Below are positions 10,836 through 20,334 of a stretch of DNA of 64,000 nt, piece after piece (positions within the stretch are counted from its first letter, which is position 1; every line of letters begins with the position of its first letter). The position numbers were made by a program, and so were the translations under genes. Origin of the DNA: Candidatus Multivoradales bacterium. Lineage in GTDB: Bacteria; Acidobacteriota; Thermoanaerobaculia; Multivoradales; JAHEKO01. The notes under the pieces are model-generated. The model worked only from the letters and a program-made list of their open reading frames with translations. It did not search any database and was not told where the DNA came from. The DNA is taken from NCBI GenBank assembly GCA_965223855.1, contig CBDCXM010000008.1, forward strand, positions 672,001 to 736,000, given 5' to 3'.

Positions 10836-11890
10836 ACACTCCGCATCGGCGTACTGTCGCCGTCTTCTCGAGGAGAGGCACGCCGAAGAGCGTCGAGATC
10901 TATGCTGACCAGATCTGTCGCCACCTCGAGGCCATGAACTGGAAGATTCTCGGTCTTTCAGCCGACCGGGGAGTGCCGGAAGAAGCCGACCTCGCCTGGT
11001 TTCCCGGTTCAACCGGGGCGTTGCTGCCACCCCTCAGGATGCTCTGCAGCTCCAGGCCTCGAATCGTGACCCTTCACGGCGCCGCGCCCCTGACCCTTGC
11101 CGCCCGCGAGTGTTTCCCGAACTCCCGGAAGCTGGCGGCCGGCATCATCCGCCACGAGGTTCGCCGCCTCGTGTGGCGCCTCCCGCGCCTCAGAGCCACT
11201 CGGGTGATCACCGTGTCGAACTTTGCCAGGCAAGAGCTGGTCGAAGCCCTGAGTCTGCCGAGGGAGCACATTTCCCCGATCTATCACGGCATCGACAGGC
11301 GAGTCTTCTACCCGAGCCTCTCCCACAACCCTGAGCAACCGTACTTTCTGCATGTGAGTACCTACCAGCCGCTGAAGAACCTGGAACGGCTCGTTGAAGC
11401 ACACCAGACCTGCCAATTCACCAAGCCGGTCAAGCTTCTGCTGATTGCATCGGGCCTTCCCAGGTCCCTTGTCGCCGGCACGACCGACGTCGAGTACATC
11501 GATGAGAGTCTCTCGCAGGAACGACTTGCCCACTACTACCGCTCAGCGGTCGCCTTCGTGTTCCCTTCTCTGCGTGAGAGCTTCGGCATGCCCCTGCTCG
11601 AAGCGATGGCCAGTGGATGCCCGGTCCTGACGTCGCGCGGCTCCGGCTGCGAGGAGGTTGTCGGCGGAGCCGCGACGCTCGTCGATCCTCGCTCGATACC
11701 GGAGATTCGTGCCGGCCTGCTGCGCCTCGCGCGCTCGAGGACCTACAGATCGAGCCTTGCGGCCAAGGGTATCTCGAGGGCTGTGAAGTTTTCTTGGAGG
11801 CGAAGCGCTTCCCAACACAGCGAGTTGTTCTCTCAGCTCGTTGATCGGGGGGCGGACCGTCAAGGCTACAGGGACCGAAGCCGCTCGTAG
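10832..11890 (+). CDS. Glycosyltransferase family 4
   Basis: FPSLRESFGMPLLEAMASG motif. Confidence 0.9.
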   Translation: MNTPHRRTVAVFSRRGTPKSVEIYADQICRHLEAMNWKILGLSADRGVPEEADLAWFPGSTGALLPPLRMLCSSRPRIVTLHGAAPLTLAARECFPNSRKLAAGIIRHEVRRLVWRLPRLRATRVITVSNFARQELVEALSLPREHISPIYHGIDRRVFYPSLSHNPEQPYFLHVSTYQPLKNLERLVEAHQTCQFTKPVKLLLIASGLPRSLVAGTTDVEYIDESLSQERLAHYYRSAVAFVFPSLRESFGMPLLEAMASGCPVLTSRGSGCEEVVGGAATLVDPRSIPEIRAGLLRLARSRTYRSSLAAKGISRAVKFSWRRSASQHSELFSQLVDRGADRQGYRDRSRS

Positions 11891-12657
11891 CCAAACCGGC
11901 TCATCACGTCTCCGTCGAGCTGCTCATTGACCAGCGCGACAGTCTCGCGATCGAGTGCGTTGCGCCACTGTTCGGTCAGAGTACGTTGACGATAGTTCGC
12001 GTAGGTCGCGTGATCGCCCTTCGTGGACTCCTCCACGTTGACGAAGTCGACCCTCCTTGGCTCGATGGCGAGCGACGAACAGAGATCCGACAACGTTGCA
12101 CGAGGGTTCAGCACCAGATCTTCGTAGCGGACATGGCGCGTCGGAACGCCTCCCGCGAGTTCGAGGTAGCTCTTGTTCTTGGCATTCCAGATCTCTATTG
12201 GAGTTCTTGATGTGAGCCTGCACAATCCCTCTCGGCGAGGCGTTTCGAAGGGCCTCAATGCAAACTTGAAGAGGTCTGTACGCGGCGCCGACAGCGAGGC
12301 GTAGGGTCTATGGAAGAGCGAGAGCAGCCAGGAGTATGGGTTCTTCGTCAGCGTGACGAATCGAAGGCCTGGAGAGCAGGCGCTGCTGGCCCGGACGAAC
12401 GCGACCGGTGGCGCCGCTGCATGCTTCCACCCCAGCGTGCGTCTGCGCGTCATCAGGTCATAGGCGTCCTTGAGAGATTCATGGCCCGGCATGAGTCGCT
12501 GCAGCGAAGCGACCCAGGCTGGGACCACACCGGGCAGGAGCGAGATATCCAGGTTCAGTTCGACGAGACGAGTCAGGTAGTTGGTGCCGGTGTTGCGGTC
12601 ACCATAGAGCTTCAGCACCCCGCTCCCGCGGTCTCGGCCGGTCTTCAGGACGCTCAA
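11866..12657 (-). CDS. Sulfotransferase-like protein
   Basis: GDRNTGTNY loop, KNPYSWLLS, VRYEDL. Confidence 0.7.
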   Translation of the reverse strand: MSVLKTGRDRGSGVLKLYGDRNTGTNYLTRLVELNLDISLLPGVVPAWVASLQRLMPGHESLKDAYDLMTRRRTLGWKHAAAPPVAFVRASSACSPGLRFVTLTKNPYSWLLSLFHRPYASLSAPRTDLFKFALRPFETPRREGLCRLTSRTPIEIWNAKNKSYLELAGGVPTRHVRYEDLVLNPRATLSDLCSSLAIEPRRVDFVNVEESTKGDHATYANYRQRTLTEQWRNALDRETVALVNEQLDGDVMSRFGYERLRSL

Positions 12658-13478
12658 TAGCCCAGCCTTCGGACGATCTCGACCCCTCTTGTGGTTTCGT
12701 AGAAGCTCGACAGCAACGGACTTCGGCGGTACGCGAGCGCCCGACTCCCGTCGACACTCGAAGCTACCTCCTCGAGTACTCCCTTCCGGGGCCGAAGACC
12801 TGCGAACTCGGCAACCCGGCCGAGTGCGTCGAGAGCATCCGTCGTCACCTCTTCGAAACGCACCGTCAACATCTGGTGCCCGACATTCGCCGCGACAAGA
12901 TCTGCCTGCTCCTCGTAGCAGCGCCAGAGCTGGAAGCCTTGCTCGAGGTCCCGACGCACTCCGGCGGGCGCCCGCGAATCGCCGAACAGCTCATCCTCGG
13001 TGCGGCGACGGCCGGTTGATCGTTGTCGCACCACGAGACTGGCCGCCACATCCACCGGATGGCGATGGATCCGAACGAGACGCGCATTCCCGAACAGCTT
13101 CAGCCACAAGCTAATCGTGAACGTGTTGCGAGGGTCCTTCCACCCCCAAGGCATCGCGAGAGTGTCGAGGCCGCGCTCGCGCAGCCATCTTCCGGGGCCC
13201 AGGTAGCTCAGGCAACCCATGCCCCGAAGTCGGTCGCCAAGCGTGCTCGCCATTCGGCATCGCTGTCTAGCAGAGAGCTCGCGGAAAGCACTCGGGCGAT
13301 CCCATGATGCACCTGCGCGCTGGAGCGCCCAGTCATTGAGACGGCGGAAGAAGACAGCCTCGCAGTGAGCGTCGAGTCGGTAGCCCACGAACAAACCGCA
13401 GTCTCGGAGAGCCTGGGCAAGAAGGGTCGTGCCCGAGCGATGCATTCCGAGCAAGATGACCGGGGGACGTCCCGTCAC
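12654..13478 (-). CDS. Sulfotransferase
   Basis: GMHRSGTT, WGWKDPR, RHPVDVAAS. Confidence 0.85.
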   Translation of the reverse strand: MTGRPPVILLGMHRSGTTLLAQALRDCGLFVGYRLDAHCEAVFFRRLNDWALQRAGASWDRPSAFRELSARQRCRMASTLGDRLRGMGCLSYLGPGRWLRERGLDTLAMPWGWKDPRNTFTISLWLKLFGNARLVRIHRHPVDVAASLVVRQRSTGRRRTEDELFGDSRAPAGVRRDLEQGFQLWRCYEEQADLVAANVGHQMLTVRFEEVTTDALDALGRVAEFAGLRPRKGVLEEVASSVDGSRALAYRRSPLLSSFYETTRGVEIVRRLGY

Positions 13479-13479
13479 G

Positions 13480-14445
13480 CTATAGCCGCCTTGCCGTCAA
13501 GCCGTCGAACGCGCCGCGCACAAACGCACCAAAACGCCCGTAGCCTAGGAACATCAGGACTGCCGGCGCCTTGACCAGGAATGTGAATACGGAATAGAGG
13601 ACTCGCGGTACCGGCGGAGACCAGGCTCTCAGAAAGAGCATTCTTCCCCTCGATGCATAGTAGACCTGCTTGCAGGTTCCGCGGCCGACGGAACTCGACT
13701 CCCGGTGGACGACTCGGGCGCCCGGAACGAAGGCCGCGATGTGGCCCGCTGCGATGACCCGCTGCACGAAATCTGCGTCCTCGAAGTAGAGGAAATAGGC
13801 CGTGTCGAAGAGGCCCACTCTCTCGAAGATCTCGGCCCTTATTAGGAGCGCGCAGCCCGAAGCGAACGGCGTCGGGAACCACTCACGGCAGGCTGGAAGG
13901 CGAAGCTTCCTGACGTGTCGCGGCCCCCCTAGCCACCAGTTCATCCTGCCTCCGGCAAACAGGGGCGTCCTGCCGTCCAGACTCAGTAGCGTGGGTGCGG
14001 CGATCGCAACCGAGGGCTCTCTCTCGAGAACTCTCCGGAGGGCCGCAGCAAAGTCATGGGGCGCGGTGGTATCCGGGTTGAGAAGTAGCACATAGCTGAC
14101 CCTGAGTGCGAGGAGGTACTCGATGCCAAGATTGCATCCCCCAGCGAAGCCGAGGTTCTCCTGAGGCCGCAGGGTCGATATCTCGGGATAGCACTCATCC
14201 ACTCGGGACGTCTCCGGAACTGGGCTGTTGTCAACGACGACCACTCTCGAGAGGTCTACGAATGGAGCGATGCTCTCCAAGCAGCCCATCAGAAGCCCTG
14301 CTGACTGGTAGTTGACGATCACGACGCCCAGGTCTGCCGATCCCTCAAGGTTCGGTTGGCCTGGCACCCGCGAGCTCCTCCTCAAAGACCTCGACGTACT
14401 GTCGGGCGATCCGCTCCCATGCGAACTTGCTCTCCGCCTTGTCAC
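13480..14445 (-). CDS. Glycosyltransferase family 2 (start probably further downstream)
   Basis: VIVNY, VVDN, NLGFAGGCN, LLNPD, YFEDAD. Confidence 0.85.
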   Translation of the reverse strand: MTRRRASSHGSGSPDSTSRSLRRSSRVPGQPNLEGSADLGVVIVNYQSAGLLMGCLESIAPFVDLSRVVVVDNSPVPETSRVDECYPEISTLRPQENLGFAGGCNLGIEYLLALRVSYVLLLNPDTTAPHDFAAALRRVLEREPSVAIAAPTLLSLDGRTPLFAGGRMNWWLGGPRHVRKLRLPACREWFPTPFASGCALLIRAEIFERVGLFDTAYFLYFEDADFVQRVIAAGHIAAFVPGARVVHRESSSVGRGTCKQVYYASRGRMLFLRAWSPPVPRVLYSVFTFLVKAPAVLMFLGYGRFGAFVRGAFDGLTARRL

Positions 14446-15523
14446 GAGCTCGCCGACGAATCGATTCGAAGCACTTCGGAGCCTTGAAGATCGCCTTCAT
14501 CCGAGCTGCAAGCTTCTCGTCGTCACCGTACCGAACGAGGAATCCGTCCTGACCGTCCGAAATCACTTCGTCCAGGCCCGACCCACGCGTGCCGATCACG
14601 AGACCGCCACTCGCAAGACCCTCCACAGCGGCAAGGCCCAGCCCTTCGAAAACCGAAGGCACTACCTGAATCTCGCAGCGATTCATCCACTCACAGAGTT
14701 CCTGGTCACCGAGCCCACCAAGAAAGACGACGTGCTCCCTGAGCTCATGGCGTGTCAGGAAACGGGCAAGCCGACGATCGATTCGACCAACAGCTCCCAC
14801 GACGAAGAGCCTGGCCGAAGAGAGCTCGTCCCTGACGCGCCGGAAGGCTCGCAGCAAGAACGAGAAGCCCTTCCGCCGATCCAGGCGGCCTACGAAGAGG
14901 ACCGAGGCATGGATGCGGTCCAGACCCAGGGGCCGAAATCTCTCGACGTCAACGCCTCCGGTGACCACTCGCACCTTTTCGGCATCGACACCGTAGCGAC
15001 GCGTGAGTTCCCTTCCGGTGGCGCTGGAGATTGCGAGGAGAGCTCTGGCCGAGGCGTAGCCCCGTCGCTCCAAAGAGACGAGCCACCTCTTCCATCGCTG
15101 GGCACCGACTAGCTCTGCTTGCGCAGCGTATGTGTGATTCGCGTAGAAGATGACCGGCGCGGTGGGCCTGAAGGCGAGGAGAACTCCTCCGGGGCCACCG
15201 TTCAGGACAACGAGATCCAACCGGTGCCGCTTGACGAGGCGGCCCAGAACAAGGTTCAAGAGTACGGAGAACAGCAGCTGAGACACTGCCGCCCGCCCGA
15301 GGAAGGCAAGTGTCGGCACGTGGCTTGAGATCGGGAGGCGATGCGGGGAGAAGGCGAGGAGCTCGAAGTCCCGACGCTCTCTCAGTCGGTCGTGAAGCTC
15401 CGAGAAGTTCCTGCCCTGCCCTCCCTCAGTGGCGAGGAACGAGAACGTGAACAGTCCGATCCTCGGCCTCGGGGTTCTTCCATCCCCAGACCCGGCGCCT
15501 GACCCGACCGAGCGGCTATTCAC
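14345..15523 (-). CDS. Glycosyltransferase family 4
   Basis: FVGRLDRRKG, PSVFEGLGLAAVEG; GTG 15523 preceded by GAGG. Confidence 0.85.
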   Translation of the reverse strand: MNSRSVGSGAGSGDGRTPRPRIGLFTFSFLATEGGQGRNFSELHDRLRERRDFELLAFSPHRLPISSHVPTLAFLGRAAVSQLLFSVLLNLVLGRLVKRHRLDLVVLNGGPGGVLLAFRPTAPVIFYANHTYAAQAELVGAQRWKRWLVSLERRGYASARALLAISSATGRELTRRYGVDAEKVRVVTGGVDVERFRPLGLDRIHASVLFVGRLDRRKGFSFLLRAFRRVRDELSSARLFVVGAVGRIDRRLARFLTRHELREHVVFLGGLGDQELCEWMNRCEIQVVPSVFEGLGLAAVEGLASGGLVIGTRGSGLDEVISDGQDGFLVRYGDDEKLAARMKAIFKAPKCFESIRRRARDKAESKFAWERIARQYVEVFEEELAGARPTEP

Positions 15524-15535
15524 GCGACCTCTATG

Positions 15536-15562
15536 GCGCGCAGGGCACTGAGCTGCTGGCTC
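15536..15562 (-). promoter_or_regulatory. Putative promoter GAGCC-N17-CGCGC
   Basis: Motif match immediately before GTG 15523. Confidence 0.45.
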
Positions 15563-15566
15563 GAGC

Positions 15567-17576
15567 TTGCGGCGTTGCCAGACGCACGCATCTCGATGGC
15601 AGCTTCGATCAGCAGAGCTACCCGGAGCGAATCCCTCGGCACATGAGGTACGCGTGAGAGACGCGAGTTCAGAGTCAACGGCGACCGCCGCCAACGCGAC
15701 GAGCTCCAGGCCGAGGCTCTCGGTTCCCGCGCCATCAGCAGGTGCCGGCTTGGCCCACCGTCCGTCCTTCATTCGGCTACTGCATCCGACCAAGCTTGCC
15801 GTGCTGGCTCTTGTCGTCGCCCTCGCCGCTCTAGCCCGCTTCCACGGGCTTGAGGAGAGGGGAACCGACGGTAGCGACACCATCTACTACACAAACCTCG
15901 CTCTTTCGTGGGCCGAGGGAAGCCGGACCGTCGCCGTTCCCGGGCAGCAGCCCGTCCATCGCCCGGCCCTGCTGCTCACCTTCGCCGCCGCCATCCACCT
16001 GCTCGGCTTCGAAGACTCCTCAATCAAGACCGTCGTCGCCGCATTCGACACAGCAAACGTCCTTCTCGTCTTTGTGCTCGCGCTGAGCATCTGCAGGAAC
16101 TTCTGGACCGCCCTGGTGCCGACCGCCCTCTACGCCAGCCTTCCGATAGCCATCATGATGGCGCGGCTCGAGCTCGCCCACGCTGTTTCGACCACACCGG
16201 TCCTGGTAGCCACCCTGCTCTTCCTCGCCAGCTTCCGAGTGGGGAAGCCTGCATGGATGGGAGTTGCTCTGTGCGGCGCATCGGGCGTTGGGTTGGGTTG
16301 GGCGGCGCTGTGCCACGAGGATCTTCTGTTCGCAGCCGCGGGGCTGGGCCTCTATGCCCTGTTCGCCAGCTCATCCCCTCTTGGCGCCTGGGCTCGACCT
16401 GCGAGGGAAGCCGCAAGTCTGAGAATTCTCGCCCTTCTTGTCGGTCTCGTCGTTACTGCCTACAACCCCATCGAACGCGGCTTCGTCCGCGTCGTTCGCC
16501 CGGCTCGCCTCGTGGAGAGCTCGACGTCTACGGAGGCCTTCTTTCAGTGGCTGCAGGCTCTGGTGGACTACACCGAGCGACTCTCCAGATTCCTGTGGAA
16601 CGCCACGCTCGCGACAACTTCCTCTGTCGTCGTCGGCGCCGTTGGCCTGATTTCGGCTCTGTTGATCCTGAGGTACTGCTTCCGCCTCTACGGCCGCAGA
16701 GGACCCTCGACGCCCTGTGAGTACCATTTGCCCATCTTCGTCGTCGTCGGATACATGGCTGCCTACTGTCTGACGCTCGACTTCTTCCTCTCCCGCGTGT
16801 TTCTTCCGCTAGTGCCACTCCTCTTGATCTGGATCTCGGCGTGGACACACGAACTCAGCCGTTGCCTGGGCACGCGACTTTCGGCGCTGCTTCTGATCGC
16901 GCTCACCGCCGGCGCCGGCGTTTCCAACCTCCACGCGTTCTCAAGAACGACAAATCTCCTTCATCGCACTTCACTGGACGCATGGATCCCCCTTCTAGGC
17001 CCCGAAGCAGGTCTCGCAACCGGTGCACGACTCTTCAAGTCGTTCGTCTACAACACGGTTCCACCCAGGCAGCTCTTCGACGCGCTGGCGGATCGAGTCA
17101 ACTCAGAGGCGAAGGTCCTCATCACCCCGAGCATCCTGCTGCCTTATCCAGGGAGGAGGGTCTTCCAACTCGGGTACTACTTCGGGGACAACGCCGTCTA
17201 TGTGATCGATCATGAAGAGCCGATACATGAGCTGATCGCTCGGAAGAACATCCGCTTCGTCCTCTTCTCGTCACTGGGGCATCGACCGAGCTTCATGTCC
17301 AAGCACTTCTTCACGCGGTACGAGTACGACGAGCGTTGGAATCGTCGACAGCGCCTTCGCCTTGGTCGGAGCTACGGCTTCGCGAGCCGGAACTACAGCG
17401 TGGACCAGGAATATGCGTACTTGAGACACTTCGTGCTCTCAGTCGGTGGGCGTGTCGTGCACCTCAACGGTAGAGCAACTCCGCCGACTCGGCCTGCACC
17501 AGAGACACCGCCGTGGACGATCGTATTCGAACTCCCTCAGGTCCCGGCACTCGAGGGTGCGCGCGACCCACGCTAG
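15567..17576 (+). CDS. GT-C/ArnT-PMT-like membrane glycosyltransferase; start uncertain
   Basis: First TM followed by GSDTIYY and HRP; multiple TM helices; glycan locus context. Confidence 0.65.
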   Translation: MRRCQTHASRWQLRSAELPGANPSAHEVRVRDASSESTATAANATSSRPRLSVPAPSAGAGLAHRPSFIRLLHPTKLAVLALVVALAALARFHGLEERGTDGSDTIYYTNLALSWAEGSRTVAVPGQQPVHRPALLLTFAAAIHLLGFEDSSIKTVVAAFDTANVLLVFVLALSICRNFWTALVPTALYASLPIAIMMARLELAHAVSTTPVLVATLLFLASFRVGKPAWMGVALCGASGVGLGWAALCHEDLLFAAAGLGLYALFASSSPLGAWARPAREAASLRILALLVGLVVTAYNPIERGFVRVVRPARLVESSTSTEAFFQWLQALVDYTERLSRFLWNATLATTSSVVVGAVGLISALLILRYCFRLYGRRGPSTPCEYHLPIFVVVGYMAAYCLTLDFFLSRVFLPLVPLLLIWISAWTHELSRCLGTRLSALLLIALTAGAGVSNLHAFSRTTNLLHRTSLDAWIPLLGPEAGLATGARLFKSFVYNTVPPRQLFDALADRVNSEAKVLITPSILLPYPGRRVFQLGYYFGDNAVYVIDHEEPIHELIARKNIRFVLFSSLGHRPSFMSKHFFTRYEYDERWNRRQRLRLGRSYGFASRNYSVDQEYAYLRHFVLSVGGRVVHLNGRATPPTRPAPETPPWTIVFELPQVPALEGARDPR

Positions 17577-17768
17577 GGCTCGCTTCTACAACCGGAAGCT
17601 CTGCCTGCGAGCCTCGATCGCTACGGTCGAGGCGGCGCCAAGCGGCTCCTCCCCATCGACGAAATTTGACGGGGACCGAGGTACCCCGCTGGAGCTGCGA
17701 GCCTGGTGGGTGCGAGGGGCGTTCCACACACCACTGGCGTCGCTGCCCCAGATTCTCACAGTGGGCCC

Positions 17769-17796
17769 TGAGACCTCCAGGAGCAACGTTGCGCGT
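17769..17796 (+). promoter_or_regulatory. Putative promoter TGAGAC-N17-CGCGT
   Basis: Motif match 94 nt before ATG 17890. Confidence 0.6.
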
Positions 17797-17889
17797 CCTC
17801 TTCTAGGGCGGCAGGGGATCGTGCGCCCGCCTTCCTGTTGAATCGAACCCCGCGCACCGAGGCATTCAACTCACCCACCACGTACCCCG

Positions 17890-18741
17890 ATGTACCCCGA
17901 GCGAACGACCTCTGAGCCGACCACCAGCCGCATCAGCGAACTACCCAGCCTTCCGCATTCCGATTGCGGCGTGGCCGCAACCACTTTCGGGCCCAGACGG
18001 ACCCAGCAGCTACGAGCTTCCGTCAGGGCCAGCGTCGTGGGAGCCCTGGTACTCCTGCTCCTGGCATGCTCCTCGTCCACCCCGAGCGAACCTCCCCCTC
18101 CTGATGAGCCGACGGCAGAGGAGATTCTGGAAGCTCTGTTCTTGGGTACGGGGGCGGCTGCGGCCAGCACCTGCCCTCATCCCGTCGGTCAATGGAACAC
18201 CTACCAGCGTGGAGCGACGGTGGTACTTCGAATCGCGCCGTCCGTGGGCCCAGCCGACCGAGCGGTCCTCGAAGAACAAATCGCAGTCCTCAACGGAGCA
18301 TTGATGGGGACCCTCAATCTGATCACTCAGAGCACGACGGACCCGGATCCTCGCCCGGGACCGCTCGAGATCACGACTGCGGACTTCCCGTTCGAGGAGC
18401 TGCAAGCTCGCTGCGGAGGCGGGCTGTCCCGCAACGGGTGCATCCTTTGCGACGCCTCCACCTATCCCCTCCTATCCTCATGCCGGCTCTACCAGAACCC
18501 GGAGGCCAATGCGCGTCCGGGCACGATTCATGTCCACGAACTCGGCCACGCCATCGGCCTGTGCCATCTTGCCGGGGAGAGACTTCCCAACGCGGTGATG
18601 GCCTCTCCCAATCGATCGACCTCCAACAGTTTCACCGAGGCCGAGCTGCAGGCGATTCAGCTCGTCTTCGCCAATCCAGCGTTGGAGGCAGGTTCCACGA
18701 GAGCCGACTTCGTCTCAGCCGGCCTCCTCTCGCCCCTCTGA
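17890..18741 (+). CDS. Metzincin (matrixin-like) metalloprotease lipoprotein
   Basis: Lipobox LLAC; HELGHAIGLCH and AVM Met-turn. Confidence 0.8.
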   Translation: MYPERTTSEPTTSRISELPSLPHSDCGVAATTFGPRRTQQLRASVRASVVGALVLLLLACSSSTPSEPPPPDEPTAEEILEALFLGTGAAAASTCPHPVGQWNTYQRGATVVLRIAPSVGPADRAVLEEQIAVLNGALMGTLNLITQSTTDPDPRPGPLEITTADFPFEELQARCGGGLSRNGCILCDASTYPLLSSCRLYQNPEANARPGTIHVHELGHAIGLCHLAGERLPNAVMASPNRSTSNSFTEAELQAIQLVFANPALEAGSTRADFVSAGLLSPL

Positions 18742-18778
18742 CTTCAATCGACCTCCCCCCCACTCAGGAGAGACAACG

Positions 18779-19408
18779 ATGCGCCAAACCTGCAAGCAGT
18801 TGATCGTCCTCGCTGCGGTACTCGCGAGCACGACGGCAGCCGATGCCGACTGGAAGTTGCGGTTGGCCGGTGAGGGCTTGTTTCCCTCAGGAACTGCCAC
18901 GGTCGAAGATTCTCCCGGTCTCCTCGTCATCGAGCCCCAAGATTCCACCGGTTTCGCCATCGAGGCCGAGATCGACCTTCCGGGGCGTTGGGGCCTTGCC
19001 GCCGGCCTCGGCTCCTCCACAGCGGAGATCTCCGTCTCGTTCCTGCCACCCGTCCCGAACATCGACAGTCCCGTGACCGCAAGCGACACCCTTGTCCAGG
19101 CTTGGATCGGGCCCCGCTGGTACCTCGTAGACAAGTCGAGCGCCCAGATCGCCCTGGGTTTTGGCGCCCACTACCTGGACGCGTTCGCCTTCGACTTCCC
19201 TGCCTTGGGAACCACGGCGGAAGTCGGGGACGAAGTCGCTCTGGGATGGATCATCTCCGGAGACTTCGGAGGGAATCGAACTCCCTGGTTCGGCCACGCC
19301 TCGATCGGTTACATAGATTCTTCGTTCGAAATAAGGGAAGGCCCGGTCATCGACTTCGAGCCCACTGTGATCAGGGTCGGGCTGGGACGTCGCTTCTCCG
19401 GCAAGTAG
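18779..19408 (+). CDS. Outer-membrane beta-barrel protein (OmpW-like)
   Basis: AGGAG RBS; signal peptide; amphipathic strands; C-terminal VGLGRRF. Confidence 0.7.
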   Translation: MRQTCKQLIVLAAVLASTTAADADWKLRLAGEGLFPSGTATVEDSPGLLVIEPQDSTGFAIEAEIDLPGRWGLAAGLGSSTAEISVSFLPPVPNIDSPVTASDTLVQAWIGPRWYLVDKSSAQIALGFGAHYLDAFAFDFPALGTTAEVGDEVALGWIISGDFGGNRTPWFGHASIGYIDSSFEIREGPVIDFEPTVIRVGLGRRFSGK

Positions 19409-19439
19409 GGAAGGGCCGAGGGGCTCCGATGTGTCGGTC

Positions 19440-19906
19440 CGCCGCGCCCAGGCCAGGTCGGACTCACCGTCCCCCTGAGCACACGAGGTTGGGTGCTACG
19501 CCAACAGGGCATCCAGGCACGTCGCTTCGATTCTGCCCGTCGGTGAGGACTCCCAGCTCAACTCCTTCACGGAGAACATTCGGGCCTTGTCGTTGGTGGC
19601 AAGCACCAGGGGTTGGTTCACCGTCATTGGGTCGACCTTCGAGACCGACGGCGCGGCCTTCGGAGCTCAGGGACGAGCCCTGCACAACAGCGGTCAGCCC
19701 GTCGGACCCGAGTTCCAGGTCAAGACGCAGATTGCTCGGGGATCAGTTCGTTCCCCGGATAGCCTCCGGTCCCAGGGGGACCTTCGTCGTGTTGTGGTCC
19801 GGCGACTATTCGTTGGCGGATCCAACGGGAGGAATCCTCGGATAGCGTTTCGGGCCGTCAACCAATCTTCAGCGATGGTTTCGAGTCGGGAGATACCAGT
19901 ACCTAG
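19440..19906 (+). pseudogene. Decayed fragment of a secreted repeat protein with an IFSDGFESGD tail
   Basis: VGPEFQV, GDQFVPRIA..FVVLW and IFSDGFESGDTST* occur in different frames with stops. Confidence 0.65.
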
Positions 19907-20275
19907 CCCGGAACGGTGCGATAGACAGGTGAATTACGGACCTCTCAACTATCGCTGAGTCGTAGGCTTCGCTTGCCCAGATCCGCTGGTCCGTCACAGT
20001 GCCGCCCATGTCCATCACAGAAAGTCCCCGCTTGATCTGGCAGGCCGAGCGATGCGATCGACCCGGGCTAGCGGTCAGACCCCCGCGACCTCAACCAGAC
20101 AGACCGCCGGCCAGCTGGGCCCCAACGACAGCAAGGCATCGTTTGAGGTAGCGAGAGCGCCCTCACAAGCCGGGAGGACCATTGGTGCGCGCAAGCTACC
20201 TCGCAGCGGCAGAGCTTCGAAGCAACCCCAGAGCAACATGCTAACAAGCAGGGACTCGACGCGGTCTTGGGGCCA

Positions 20276-20303
20276 TGAGCGCCCAGCCAGACTCCACCCG
20301 CGC
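20276..20303 (+). promoter_or_regulatory. Putative promoter TGAGCG-N17-CGCGC
   Basis: Motif match 32 nt before ATG 20335. Confidence 0.55.
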
Positions 20304-20334
20304 CTGACAAGCCAAGAAAGAGGAACTTGAGGAC

